DNA of 64,000 nt from Candidatus Poribacteria bacterium (GTDB lineage Bacteria; Poribacteria; WGA-4E; WGA-3G). The translations under genes and the position numbers were made by a program. Shown in pieces: positions 24,781 through 34,406 of this stretch. The notes under the pieces are model-generated. The model saw nothing but the letters and a program-made list of their open reading frames with translations. It was not told the origin of the DNA and made no database searches. The DNA lies in the NCBI GenBank assembly GCA_965242965.1, contig OZ251518.1, forward strand, positions 1,224,691-1,288,690, read 5' to 3'. Within the stretch, counting starts at the first letter, position 1, and each line of letters starts with the position of its first letter.

Positions 24781-26427
24781 ATGACAGCAAGACATCACCG
24801 GCTCGTGGGCAGCCTGCTCATCATTTTGATGTGCATCGGCATCCTCGGCACGGCGTTTTCTGTCCAAGCGCAAGAGGTGCACGCACTCATCGTGCTACAA
24901 GGCGCAGACGTGAAAATCCGCGCCAGCGTGGCGAAAAATAAAGTGCTCATGCAGCAATTGATGGGGCAGGTGTCGCAGTATTGCAACGTCCATCTTACCG
25001 TGATGCATGTCGATGACAGGTTCACGAGCACTGTCACATCAATGACACTCTCCGGAGGCGCGCCGGCGAACATCAGCGAGCGAAGGATAGGGCGAATCCG
25101 CGGCGAGGATGTGAACCGTTGGCTCAACACGGTGACTCCCACGTCGGCAGACACCGTTTTCATCTACTATAATGGCCACGGAAGTATAGAGGAAAATGAG
25201 CATCTGCTGAGCTTCACTGAAGACAATAAGGTATCTCGTGCAGGGTTGCGGGCGCGATTGGAACAAAAACCGGCGCGCCTGAAAATGCTCATTACCGATA
25301 CGTGTAGCACGCTCGTTGATACGCCAGAAGTCGTTGCAGCTAGTGCTACCTATGCAAACGTAACAGGGAAAGGAGAACGCTACACGCAACATCTGTTTCT
25401 ACAACACGAAGGCATGCTTGACATCACGGCGGCGGAACGCGGCGATTATGCCTGGGGCCATCAGGATATCGGCGGATTCTTCACGGCTGCGCTGATGCAG
25501 AGCTGCAATGAGCCGGCGGATGTTTCGCTAAAAGATGGGTTTCTGACGTGGGACGAGGTATTCGCGCAATGCATAGTGGAGACACAACATATCTTCACGC
25601 AGACTCTGGCAGAATCGGAATTCGGCCCGGAACATTTGCTGGATAACGGCACGCCGAAACGGCAGACACCTGTCGCGTATTCTCCTTTGCCGCAGCGGCT
25701 CGCGCATTATGCTGAACCGAGAACACGAACGCCAAAGCCGGAACGGACAACACCGCAACACCCGCATGGCCAGATTACCTGGGAGAAAGACGGTGTCGAA
25801 ATGGTGCTTATCCCCGAAGGCGAATTCCGGATGGGAAGCACTGCCCGTGGTGGTTCTGGAAAACCCGCGTATCCTGTCTACGTGGACGCGTTTTATATCG
25901 ATACACACGAGGTAACGCTTCGCCAATACGACGCGTTTCTGCAGGCCACCGGGCACCGGCCTCTGCCTGAAGAATACGAAGAATTTTGCCCAACGCCTGA
26001 TTATCCCGTAGTTTTCGTCTCGTGGGAGGATGCAATGGCGTACGCAAAATGGGCAGGCAAGCGGCTGCCGACAGAAGCGGAATGGGAGAAAGCAGCGCGC
26101 GGTGGGTTAGTCGGCCAAAAATACCCATGGGGCAATGCCAAACCGAACGGGACACAGTGCAATCTAGACCGGTTGCAAGATGGACATCTATACGCCGCAC
26201 CTGTCCGGAGTTATCCGCCTAACAAATACGGCATATACGACATGGTAGGGAACGTCTGGGAGTGGTGCGCGGATGAAAACAGGCCGAGGACACGCATCCT
26301 CCGCGGTGGAAGTTGGCGCAACCCGGAAATCCGTATCCCCTGGGTTACGGAATCGCTGCAGGTGCCCCCGGAAACGCTCGGGCACACTATTGGATTTCGA
26401 TGCGTTGTCAGTGCCGACGCGCATTAA
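24781..26427 (+). CDS. exported caspase-like domain plus non-catalytic FGE-fold domain (island gene 7)
   Basis: GGAGGA Shine-Dalgarno. VQA|QEVHALIVLQGAD, FIYYNGHG, RLKMLITDTCS. C-terminal VFVSWEDAMAYAKWAGKRLPTEAEWEKAARGG, YGIYDMVGNVWEW, RGGSW, GFRCV. Confidence 0.85.
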   Translation: MTARHHRLVGSLLIILMCIGILGTAFSVQAQEVHALIVLQGADVKIRASVAKNKVLMQQLMGQVSQYCNVHLTVMHVDDRFTSTVTSMTLSGGAPANISERRIGRIRGEDVNRWLNTVTPTSADTVFIYYNGHGSIEENEHLLSFTEDNKVSRAGLRARLEQKPARLKMLITDTCSTLVDTPEVVAASATYANVTGKGERYTQHLFLQHEGMLDITAAERGDYAWGHQDIGGFFTAALMQSCNEPADVSLKDGFLTWDEVFAQCIVETQHIFTQTLAESEFGPEHLLDNGTPKRQTPVAYSPLPQRLAHYAEPRTRTPKPERTTPQHPHGQITWEKDGVEMVLIPEGEFRMGSTARGGSGKPAYPVYVDAFYIDTHEVTLRQYDAFLQATGHRPLPEEYEEFCPTPDYPVVFVSWEDAMAYAKWAGKRLPTEAEWEKAARGGLVGQKYPWGNAKPNGTQCNLDRLQDGHLYAAPVRSYPPNKYGIYDMVGNVWEWCADENRPRTRILRGGSWRNPEIRIPWVTESLQVPPETLGHTIGFRCVVSADAH

Positions 26428-26433
26428 ATAAAC

Positions 26434-26718
26434 GAGGGGGTTTCATAAATCAATGTCTTCCCGGTAGGAGAGACCTCCTGGTCTCGATGGCTCCTCGGTA
26501 GGGGGAGACCTCGGGTCTCGATGTTCCCGTAGCGCGGGGGCCTGTCCCCCGCGAGCTCCATCGTCACGATGGGTGTTGCTGCCGTTGTAGTTTGTGCTCG
26601 CCTGATCACAAACGGGTCAAGATCGAGCAATCCTGACCTATAGGGGTGATGCAGCCTGACAGCAAAACGCATGGCGAGGGTTTCCCCCGCGACGTTGAAC
26701 AATTTATGAAACACCCTC
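26434..26718. mobile_element. MITE-like element (TIRs present, target duplication degenerate)
   Basis: gagggggtttcataaatc (26434-26451) and aatttatgaaacaccctc (26701-26718). The interior is GTAG hairpins. Flanks aaataaac and aagttagc match at only 5 of 8 positions. Confidence 0.65.
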
Positions 26719-26746
26719 AAGTTAGCATCTATGAAAGGAGAAACCA

Positions 26747-28420
26747 ATGAAAACTAATTTGCCGCTGCGCATCGCAGCTTTGCTTATCATTCTCGGATGC
26801 ATCGTCTGCTTCGGCACCGCTACCGCCGAAGCACAGAAGATGCATGCACTGCTCATTCTGCTGCAGAATGACAAAAAAGGCATTCGAGACACCGTAGACG
26901 TGAACCAGCAGACATGGGTGGACGAACTGCTGCCCCTCGTTTCAAAACATTGTGAGGTAAAGGTGACGCTCATGAAATCGTTGCCGGGACTCGCTGGGGA
27001 ATTAACCGAAATAACCCTCAATGATAGCACGGTAACGGCACGGAAGGTTGAAAACCTCCGCAACATTGTTAACCCCGCGCAAGTCACCGGGTGGCTTGAC
27101 AACGTGCAAACGGGCCCCAGGGATACCCTGTTCGTCTACTTCAATGGCCACGGGGGGATGGACAGATACGGCACCCATCGGCTCCTCTTGGACCCGAGAG
27201 GAAAGAATTATGTCACCCGCGAGCAAATTATGACGCGCCTCAAAGCGAAATCGGCGCGCCTGAAGATGCTCATCACCGACACCTGTAGTGAGATGATTGA
27301 CATGGACGTGTCGGCTCAACCTCAGACACAGAACTTCGCACGTATCAAGAGCGCGCGATACTATGCCAAAAACCTGTTCCTAGATCACGCCGGGCTCCTC
27401 GATCTCACGGCGACCTCTCCAGGCAAACTCGCCTACGGCAACGCTACAATCGGCAACTATTTCACGCATGCCATAGCGGAGAGTCTTGTCCCAGAATCAG
27501 ACACATCAGGGGATGACTTCCTCTCCTGGCAGGAGGTTTTCGCCTCCGCCACAAAGACGACGCGAACGTTGTGTGAGCAGGTACCACTGTTCAAAGCGAC
27601 AAACACCGTCCAAATCCCCATCGCGCACGCGATGCCGAAGAAAGAACGCCTCAAGATTGGCGTGCAGGACAGCGCAGGAATGGTGCTCATCCCCGCCGGC
27701 AAGTTTCAGATGGGCAGCAACGACGGTTATGAAAATGAAAAGCCGGTGCATACTGTCTCCGTGGATGCGTTCTATATGGATGTCTATGAGGTGACGAACG
27801 CGCAGTTCAAGGCGTTTGTCGATGCAAATCCACAGTGGCGGAAAGACCAGATTCCAACAAACTACCACGATGGAGACTACCTCAAGCCCTGGTCTGGTAA
27901 CAGTTATCCGGTTGGAAAAGGTAACCACCCCGTGACTTTTGTAAGTTGGTATGCGGCGATGGCGTATGCGGAGTGGGCAGGGAAACGGCTGCCGACGGAG
28001 GCGGAGTGGGAGAAAGCGGCGCGCGGCGGGTTGCAAGGACAGAAGTATCCGTGGGGCAATGGGATTGATGCAGGTCAGGCAAATTACGGCAGGAATCTTG
28101 GGGGCACCACGGAGGTTGGGAGTTATGGTGCGAATGGGTATGGGTTATATGATATGTCAGGGAATGTGTGGGAGTGGTGTGTTGATGCGTATAAGGCGGA
28201 TTTCTATGCGCGTTCATCGCCCCAAAATCCGCTTGCAGGGAAGATGACCTTAAGGGAAGTGAGTGCTAATTACCAAAACGTGACAGGCTCGCGCGTGTTG
28301 CGCGGCGGCGGTTGGCGCACTACCGCGCAGGACTTGCGCGTCGCCAATCGCAACGGGAGTTCGCCGGCGAGCACGCACGCCGACATCGGTTTTCGTTGCG
28401 CGAGGGCTGTTACGCCTTGA
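26747..28420 (+). CDS. exported caspase-like domain plus non-catalytic FGE-fold domain (island gene 8)
   Basis: AEA|QKMHALLILLQND, FVYFNGHG, RLKMLITDTCS. The FGE-fold domain is near-identical at DNA level to those of genes 3 and 13. Confidence 0.85.
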   Translation: MKTNLPLRIAALLIILGCIVCFGTATAEAQKMHALLILLQNDKKGIRDTVDVNQQTWVDELLPLVSKHCEVKVTLMKSLPGLAGELTEITLNDSTVTARKVENLRNIVNPAQVTGWLDNVQTGPRDTLFVYFNGHGGMDRYGTHRLLLDPRGKNYVTREQIMTRLKAKSARLKMLITDTCSEMIDMDVSAQPQTQNFARIKSARYYAKNLFLDHAGLLDLTATSPGKLAYGNATIGNYFTHAIAESLVPESDTSGDDFLSWQEVFASATKTTRTLCEQVPLFKATNTVQIPIAHAMPKKERLKIGVQDSAGMVLIPAGKFQMGSNDGYENEKPVHTVSVDAFYMDVYEVTNAQFKAFVDANPQWRKDQIPTNYHDGDYLKPWSGNSYPVGKGNHPVTFVSWYAAMAYAEWAGKRLPTEAEWEKAARGGLQGQKYPWGNGIDAGQANYGRNLGGTTEVGSYGANGYGLYDMSGNVWEWCVDAYKADFYARSSPQNPLAGKMTLREVSANYQNVTGSRVLRGGGWRTTAQDLRVANRNGSSPASTHADIGFRCARAVTP

Positions 28421-28686
28421 GTCTTAACTCCCTTACCCCTTCTGATCGGTTTACCGATCAGACCGTTATGAAAGGGGGTATATATTAAGACCTAACGGCC
28501 GGCCCGGTGCCTCTTTTTTCATCGAGAAACCCGCTTACTATGCGGGTTCATGCAGGAACAACTTTTGTGTCTTTTCTACCGGTTGTTGCGGTCTTCCAGT
28601 CAGCGACAACCCCCGTCGGGAGAGCTTGCCTTAAAGCGGCAAGCCGAATCAAACTAATTGGGTCCACTATCAAAAGGAGAAACATC

Positions 28687-29607
28687 ATGAAACCCCAAAA
28701 CACCCTGCACCTTGCAGGATTACTACTACTAATACTACTGAGCTGCGCGGCACTGCTAGGGCCGGCGGCTTCTGCCGAGGCACATGAAGTGCACGCGCTC
28801 CTCATCATCCTCGGCGATGACATGAATATTCGCGCCGGTGTTGAGAAAAACGAGAGCCATCTCAAGGAGTTGATGGGGCGCGTCTCGGCGCACTGCCCTG
28901 TCCAACTCACCGTCCTGAAATCCGAAGACGAGAGCACGGTGACGACGATGTCCCTCACCGATGGGAAGGCAAGCGCCATTCAAGAAACGCAGCAGGAGGG
29001 GCCCATCACGAGCGGCCAGGTTGAAGCGTGGCTCAACGCCGTGGACATCAATCCCGATGATACCGTGCTCATCTACTACACCGGATTCGGTCTGATATCC
29101 GCCAGCGGTAGCGGCGATGATTTGGCCCGCGCCGACTTGAGCGCGGCATTGAACGAACATCCTGCGCGCTTGAAAATGCTGATTACGGATATGGAGGGCC
29201 CCATTGTTGATGAGTCTGACACCCCTGCGCTCCAGACATTTGGGTCTATAGCACCAAAGACGCCAGAGACAAGGGGCTCCTTCCTCAAACACCTCTTTCT
29301 TGAGTATAAAGGGATGCTTGACATTACCGCCGCGTCCTCTGGAGAGTATGCGTTTATGAACACAAAAGGCACAGATGCCGGTGGATTCTTCACGCAGGCT
29401 CTGATTAAGAGTATGGACTTTGCAGCTGAGGCGAACGCGGATATGTTCCTCACTCTCAATTCGTGGGCGGAGGTGTTTGCACTCGCGCGGAAGAGCGTTC
29501 AAGAGAGGTTTGCGCAGGCGCGCAACCAGGGCTCACTACGACGTGTTGAGCAGACAACACAGACTCCGGTCGCCTATTCGCTCCCGGAACGCGTGCTGGA
29601 ACCGTAA
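28687..29607 (+). CDS. exported pseudo-caspase: caspase-like fold with both dyad residues replaced, no C-terminal domain (island gene 9)
   Basis: AAGGAGA Shine-Dalgarno. AEA|HEVHALLIILGDD. LIYYTGFG (His to Phe). RLKMLITDMEG (Cys to Glu). GGFFTQALI is retained. Confidence 0.8.
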   Translation: MKPQNTLHLAGLLLLILLSCAALLGPAASAEAHEVHALLIILGDDMNIRAGVEKNESHLKELMGRVSAHCPVQLTVLKSEDESTVTTMSLTDGKASAIQETQQEGPITSGQVEAWLNAVDINPDDTVLIYYTGFGLISASGSGDDLARADLSAALNEHPARLKMLITDMEGPIVDESDTPALQTFGSIAPKTPETRGSFLKHLFLEYKGMLDITAASSGEYAFMNTKGTDAGGFFTQALIKSMDFAAEANADMFLTLNSWAEVFALARKSVQERFAQARNQGSLRRVEQTTQTPVAYSLPERVLEP

Positions 29608-29673
29608 CGGTTCCCTGGCACCTTGCACGGAACTGCAACTTCAGACATCCCTGAATGTCACGAGGAGGAATAC

Positions 29674-30948
29674 ATGAAAATCGAACGATACTACCACACG
29701 ATAGGCATCCTCTGCGTTCCAGTGATGCTTATCCTTTTAACGCAAGGATGCTTCTTCTTTAAGAAGGAGCCCAAAATTGAACCCCCTGAACCCATAGAAA
29801 GGATTCAGGAGGAGCTGCCCGAGTTGACTGCTTCGCTTGATGTCACCAGCACTCCAAGCGGGGCCACCGTGTTTCTAGATGGAGAGCCGGTCGGCACGAC
29901 ACCGCTGGAACACGTTGTAGAACTTGGGGGTTTGCCACGTAAAACGGTAGAGGTTGGTGTGGCATTCCAGGGGAGTCAACCGAGCCTGCGCCAGGTCACC
30001 CTGGAGCGAGGCAAAGGCATGATGATTGAAATTGTGCAAGCGAACCCAGAGACCTCAGTTGAACAATTCGACGACCTCATTGAACAATTCAACGAGGTCA
30101 AGGAGCAGTTGTGGGACATTAGCAGTCCGAATGCGGATTTCACCGTGGCATGGCAAGCGGACAGAACGGCCTACGAGGTAGAGGATACTATCACCTTTGA
30201 TATCACCCTCACCGCCGGTGCACACCTTGTTATTTTGAGTCGGGATACTTCGGACGCGCTCACACTCCTTCATCCGAATGCCTTTGAGACATCAAACGAT
30301 TGGTGGCGGGCCGGCAAGCACTCCTATCCCGGGCCCGATGCTGATTTTGAGATCGAACTTCAGGCCCCAGGCACTGAAAAGTTTCAGCTGCTGGCATTCC
30401 GAAACGCTGAGAACAGCCAAACTGTTGCCGACATCTTAGATACACAGGCAGCTACGGCTGAAGAAAGAATCTTGGATTACCTTCAGGGCATGAACCCGAC
30501 GGACTGGGCAGCAGCACGACTGGAAATCCCGGTCCGCGAACCAGAACGCCCGGTGCCGGATGAAGAACTCCTTGATGTCCCCACCGGGAACATCGTCTAC
30601 ATCAAGCACGGAAATTACATGTATCTGGCAAAAGTGTTTGACACGCAGCACGGTGAAGCCGGCACCACGGCGGTGGATATTTTTAACGAGGAACTTCGCG
30701 AGGAACTCGGTGACACTATCAACAATGAACTTGTGCTGGATAAACGGACAGAACCGGCGCAAGGCTGGGGTAACCGGCGTGTGATGCTCAGCTTCTATCG
30801 AGATGGTGCATGGACATTTACTACCGATGTCGTGATCCACGCGACCTATTATGAGTTGCCTGCGCGTATTGATGGGGAGCGGGTCCAAGGTTCGCGTATC
30901 GTCAGTTTCGGCGAAGTCCGATTTCCGATTCCGGTCTCCTTTCGGTAG
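29674..30948 (+). CDS. lipoprotein: PEGA-like, DUF4384-like and shared C-terminal module (island gene 10)
   Basis: GAGGAGG Shine-Dalgarno and lipobox LLTQGC. LDVTSTPSGATVFLDGEPVGTTPL (PEGA). YEVEDTITFDITLTAGAHLVILSRDTSDALTLLHPN (DUF4384-like). C-terminus IVYIKHGNYMYLAKVFDT...FGEVRFPIPVSFR. Confidence 0.85.
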   Translation: MKIERYYHTIGILCVPVMLILLTQGCFFFKKEPKIEPPEPIERIQEELPELTASLDVTSTPSGATVFLDGEPVGTTPLEHVVELGGLPRKTVEVGVAFQGSQPSLRQVTLERGKGMMIEIVQANPETSVEQFDDLIEQFNEVKEQLWDISSPNADFTVAWQADRTAYEVEDTITFDITLTAGAHLVILSRDTSDALTLLHPNAFETSNDWWRAGKHSYPGPDADFEIELQAPGTEKFQLLAFRNAENSQTVADILDTQAATAEERILDYLQGMNPTDWAAARLEIPVREPERPVPDEELLDVPTGNIVYIKHGNYMYLAKVFDTQHGEAGTTAVDIFNEELREELGDTINNELVLDKRTEPAQGWGNRRVMLSFYRDGAWTFTTDVVIHATYYELPARIDGERVQGSRIVSFGEVRFPIPVSFR

Positions 30949-31029
30949 TTATCTGGTTGGTAACTCAGACCGGTTGAAGAAATAAGTCTGAAAAACCTTA
31001 TGCCGCTAAAGGTGTCTACGAGGCTAACC

Positions 31030-31060
31030 CCGTAGGCGCGGTTTGAAACCGCGCCTACGG
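31030..31060. repeat. GTAG-headed 14-bp-stem hairpin (REP variant, possible terminator)
   Basis: ccgtaggcgcggtt-tga-aaccgcgcctacgg. A related unit lies at about 46905-46965. Confidence 0.7.
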
Positions 31061-31127
31061 TCCGCAAAGGGCTTTAGGGTGCCAGGCTGCGTAAGGTCTA
31101 TGATACATACATAAAAGTGGATTTAAG

Positions 31128-32264
31128 ATGAAAAAATTGACAGTCCTTATCACGCTCTTCATGGTGATTTTATGTGCCGTTTCCATGAATAGCTGTGGAG
31201 AAGACGTAGTTGTAGAGGTAATTGAGCCTGCAACTTTCAAAAGTGTTTCTCCGTCTGAAGGCACAGAGATTGCTGTCGATGAGACGCTCACCCTTGATTT
31301 TGACAATCCCCCGGAAGGGGTTCAGGTCAGTGCGGGGAGAGTTCTTATCGTCGACAACACGCTGAAAATTAGCGGCGATTTTGACCCGGGGGCCCTCACC
31401 TTAGAGGTTACCTGGGAGAATGGACCTGGTGAAACACCGGCCAAACAGATGCTCGCCTATACTGTCGTTGCCCCGGATATTGCGAGGGAAGTGCTAATTC
31501 CGGCTGGCGAGTTCCAAATGGGTGCAGCAGACAACGATGAAGACGCGGAACCGGATGAGCTGCCTGTCCATACTGTCTACGTGGATGCATTCTATATGGA
31601 CGCACATGAAGTTACCCATCTAGAATACCAGCAGTTCCTGCTGGAAAATCCATCGTGGCAAAAAGCGAACATTGAGGAGAAGTTCCACGATGGTGCTTAT
31701 CTTAAAGACTGGATTGGAAACGACTATCCGCGGGGCAGGAGTTACCATCCGGTGACGTATGTGAGTTGGTATGCGGCGATGGCGTATGCGGAGTGGGCCG
31801 GCAAGCGGCTGCCAACGGAGGCAGAATGGGAGAAAGCGGCGCGCGGGGGATTGGTGGGACAGAAATACCCGTGGGGCGATACCTATGATGCCACCCAAGT
31901 CAATCACAGCGGGAATGATACGACTGTTGTCGGCAAGTATCCTGCCAACGGCTATGGGCTATACGACATGGCCGGGAACGTTTCGGAGTGGTGTCTAGAT
32001 GCATACCGTGAGAATTTCTACGCTCAGTCGCCGAGTCGGAACCCACTTGCAGGTGCGCATACGTTGGAGGAGTTGCTCAAAAACTTCCTGAGTCTTCCAA
32101 ACGAGCCTGGGAATGCGCGCGTGGGGCGCGGTGGCACATGGTTATTTACTGAGGAAGTCCGCCGAGTTTCTGAACGTTGGAGAGGCACTATCGCTTATTC
32201 GGGAGACTACGAAGATAAGGGCGGTATCCTCGGTTTTCGGTGTGTGCGGTCCGTGACAGAGTAA
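31128..32264 (+). CDS. lipoprotein: Ig-like N-terminal domain plus non-catalytic FGE-fold domain, no caspase domain (island gene 11)
   Basis: Lipobox SMNSC. SVSPSEGTEIAVDETLTLDFDNPPEG looks Ig-like. HPVTYVSWYAAMAYAEWAGKRLPTEAEWEKAARGG, YGLYDMAGNVSEW, GFRCVR. Confidence 0.8.
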   Translation: MKKLTVLITLFMVILCAVSMNSCGEDVVVEVIEPATFKSVSPSEGTEIAVDETLTLDFDNPPEGVQVSAGRVLIVDNTLKISGDFDPGALTLEVTWENGPGETPAKQMLAYTVVAPDIAREVLIPAGEFQMGAADNDEDAEPDELPVHTVYVDAFYMDAHEVTHLEYQQFLLENPSWQKANIEEKFHDGAYLKDWIGNDYPRGRSYHPVTYVSWYAAMAYAEWAGKRLPTEAEWEKAARGGLVGQKYPWGDTYDATQVNHSGNDTTVVGKYPANGYGLYDMAGNVSEWCLDAYRENFYAQSPSRNPLAGAHTLEELLKNFLSLPNEPGNARVGRGGTWLFTEEVRRVSERWRGTIAYSGDYEDKGGILGFRCVRSVTE

Positions 32265-32363
32265 CTGCCGCTAAAGGTGTGAGGGATGTTACGCCGGAAT
32301 CCCTCACGCCTATAAACATTATGTCCTAAAACTCCGGCGGATAAGAATCAAAGGAGAAACGTA

Positions 32364-34283
32364 ATGAAAACCCAAAACACCCTGCACCTTGCAGGATTAC
32401 TACTGATACTGTGGAGCATCGCTACATTCAGCTGTGTCTTCGCGCTGGATGCAGACGCGCAGACTGTGCACGCGCTCCTCGTTCTCATGGACAATGACCG
32501 TAAGATCTCCGGTATCGTTGAGATAAGTGCCGAGAATATGCGCGATATGCTGCGCCGGCTTCCGGACACGCAGCTAGAAATGAAGACCTTGAAAGCTAGC
32601 GGAGACGAGGGAGTGACCTCCTGGCGTATCCTCGGATGGGTCCAAGAACTTCGCGTCGACCCGCAAGATACCATTCTTGTCTACTACAATGGACACGGAT
32701 ACGTTGACGACAAAAATGGGCACCACCACCTTCAGCTCGATGAGCAAATCCGGGACAGGGACCTGCCCCGGGCCACTCTCACAGGCGCGCTCCGAGCGAA
32801 ATCGTGTCGACTGAGGATGTTGATTACCGATACATGCAGTCAATCTATCTCCGACCTAGCATCCTCGGATGCCACCATATCAGGACTCGGTAAGGTCGTC
32901 CCCACGGAAGAGAAGCGGAAGCAGCAGTATGTCAAGGACCTCTTCTTACAGCATGAGGGATTTCTGGACATCACTGCCGCGTCGCCGGAGAAAGAGCAAA
33001 TCGCGCTCGGTACCGGCGGGGGACCTGGGGGATTAGGCGGGTTTTTCACGCATGCGCTGACGAAACGGAGTTTGACGGAAACAGTAGCCCTCGCAGACGG
33101 CGATGAGTTCCTCTTATGGGGGGAAGTCTTTGCGAAGTGCCAAATCGAAACACAGGATTTGTTTCTGCAATACGAAGAACCGGCTAGGGTAGCGAGACTA
33201 ATAAGCGATCAGCAGACAACGCAGATGCCATACGCCTATCTGCCACTACCGACAAAGATAGACATGGAGAAACGGCCCGTGCAGAAGCCCGGCAAAACCG
33301 CAACCTTGTCTATCACTAGTACACCTAGCGGTGGCACTGTCTACCTTGAAGGCGAGAAAGTCGGTACAACCCCACTGCCAGGTTACAAAGTGTCCCTTGG
33401 CACCCGCGACCGGAGAACAGTGCGAGTCACTATCGGACAAAAAGGCGACGCTGTCTATTTTCCACGGCCGAAAGATTTGAAACTCACGCAAAATCAGCAT
33501 GCTTCGGAGCATTTCCAAGAGGAAGCACAGCACCAAGACAGAGCACGCCAACAGGTCGATCTCAGTAAAATGGTGCTCATCCCCGCGGGAGAGTTTCCGA
33601 TGGGGACAGATGGACTGGCAGGCGAAAGTGGCGAAAATTCTAAACCTATCCATAGTGTATCGCTTGATGCCTTCTACATTGACACCCACGAAGTCACTGT
33701 CGGAGAATACAAGCGATTCATAGAGGCAGCCAGGTATAAGCCTTTGCTAAAAGACGTTAAGAAATTTTCTCCCACCGACATGCACCCTGTCGTCGGTGTG
33801 AGTTGGCGCGACGCGATGGCCTACGCTACCTGGGCGGGCAAGCGGCTGCCGACAGAGGCGGAATGGGAGAAGGCCGCCCGGGGCGGACTCTTGGACAAAA
33901 AATTTCCCTGGGGCGATGAAAAACCGAACTCCGCTCTCGCGAACTATCAAAAGATGGAGAAAACCACAACGCCGGTCGGGGAATACCCACCCAACGGCTT
34001 CGGTTTATATGATGTAGCCGGGAACGTGTCAGAATGGTGCCTTGACGAATGGGACGCGGATTTTTATACCCCCTTCCCAGAAGAAAACCCTTTTGCGGGC
34101 CCGAAGAGCCGCGATGCAACCTTGGAGGAATTTCAAACTCTTAAGGGGCTACGCGTCGTGCGCGGTGGTTCTTGGAGTGCAATGTCGCCAGGAAGTCTCT
34201 ACGTAGGTGGACGAACCAAGGCTGAAGCACTCAAAGTATACAACTATATCGGCTTCCGATGTGCGAAGGACGCGTCGCCTTAA
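32364..34283 (+). CDS. exported caspase-like, PEGA-like and non-catalytic FGE-fold domains (island gene 12)
   Basis: ADA|QTVHALLVLMDND, LVYYNGHG, RLRMLITDTCS. LSITSTPSGGTVYLEGEKVGTTPL (PEGA). VVGVSWRDAMAYATWAGKRLPTEAEWEKAARGG, RGGSW, GFRCAK. Confidence 0.85.
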   Translation: MKTQNTLHLAGLLLILWSIATFSCVFALDADAQTVHALLVLMDNDRKISGIVEISAENMRDMLRRLPDTQLEMKTLKASGDEGVTSWRILGWVQELRVDPQDTILVYYNGHGYVDDKNGHHHLQLDEQIRDRDLPRATLTGALRAKSCRLRMLITDTCSQSISDLASSDATISGLGKVVPTEEKRKQQYVKDLFLQHEGFLDITAASPEKEQIALGTGGGPGGLGGFFTHALTKRSLTETVALADGDEFLLWGEVFAKCQIETQDLFLQYEEPARVARLISDQQTTQMPYAYLPLPTKIDMEKRPVQKPGKTATLSITSTPSGGTVYLEGEKVGTTPLPGYKVSLGTRDRRTVRVTIGQKGDAVYFPRPKDLKLTQNQHASEHFQEEAQHQDRARQQVDLSKMVLIPAGEFPMGTDGLAGESGENSKPIHSVSLDAFYIDTHEVTVGEYKRFIEAARYKPLLKDVKKFSPTDMHPVVGVSWRDAMAYATWAGKRLPTEAEWEKAARGGLLDKKFPWGDEKPNSALANYQKMEKTTTPVGEYPPNGFGLYDVAGNVSEWCLDEWDADFYTPFPEENPFAGPKSRDATLEEFQTLKGLRVVRGGSWSAMSPGSLYVGGRTKAEALKVYNYIGFRCAKDASP

Positions 34284-34406
34284 CCTCATTCGGTATTGCT
34301 GTTTATAGCGGGTATGCAGGTCTTGACACCCTGGTAGGAAAGACCTCCCGGTCTTGATAGCCGAACGCTGCGAAACTGAAAATTTAACCTGAGGAGGAGA
34401 CACCTA

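Noticed and set aside
27882-28217. Antisense ORFs within the FGE-fold segments (19209-19437, 27506-28036, 27882-28217, 35647-36132) and within the PE repeat (17424-17699). Some are duplicated identically.
   Set aside because: Their duplication simply mirrors the gene-conversion tracts of the sense genes. They have low-complexity composition (His/Thr/Pro or Pro/Ala/Val runs) and no translation signals.
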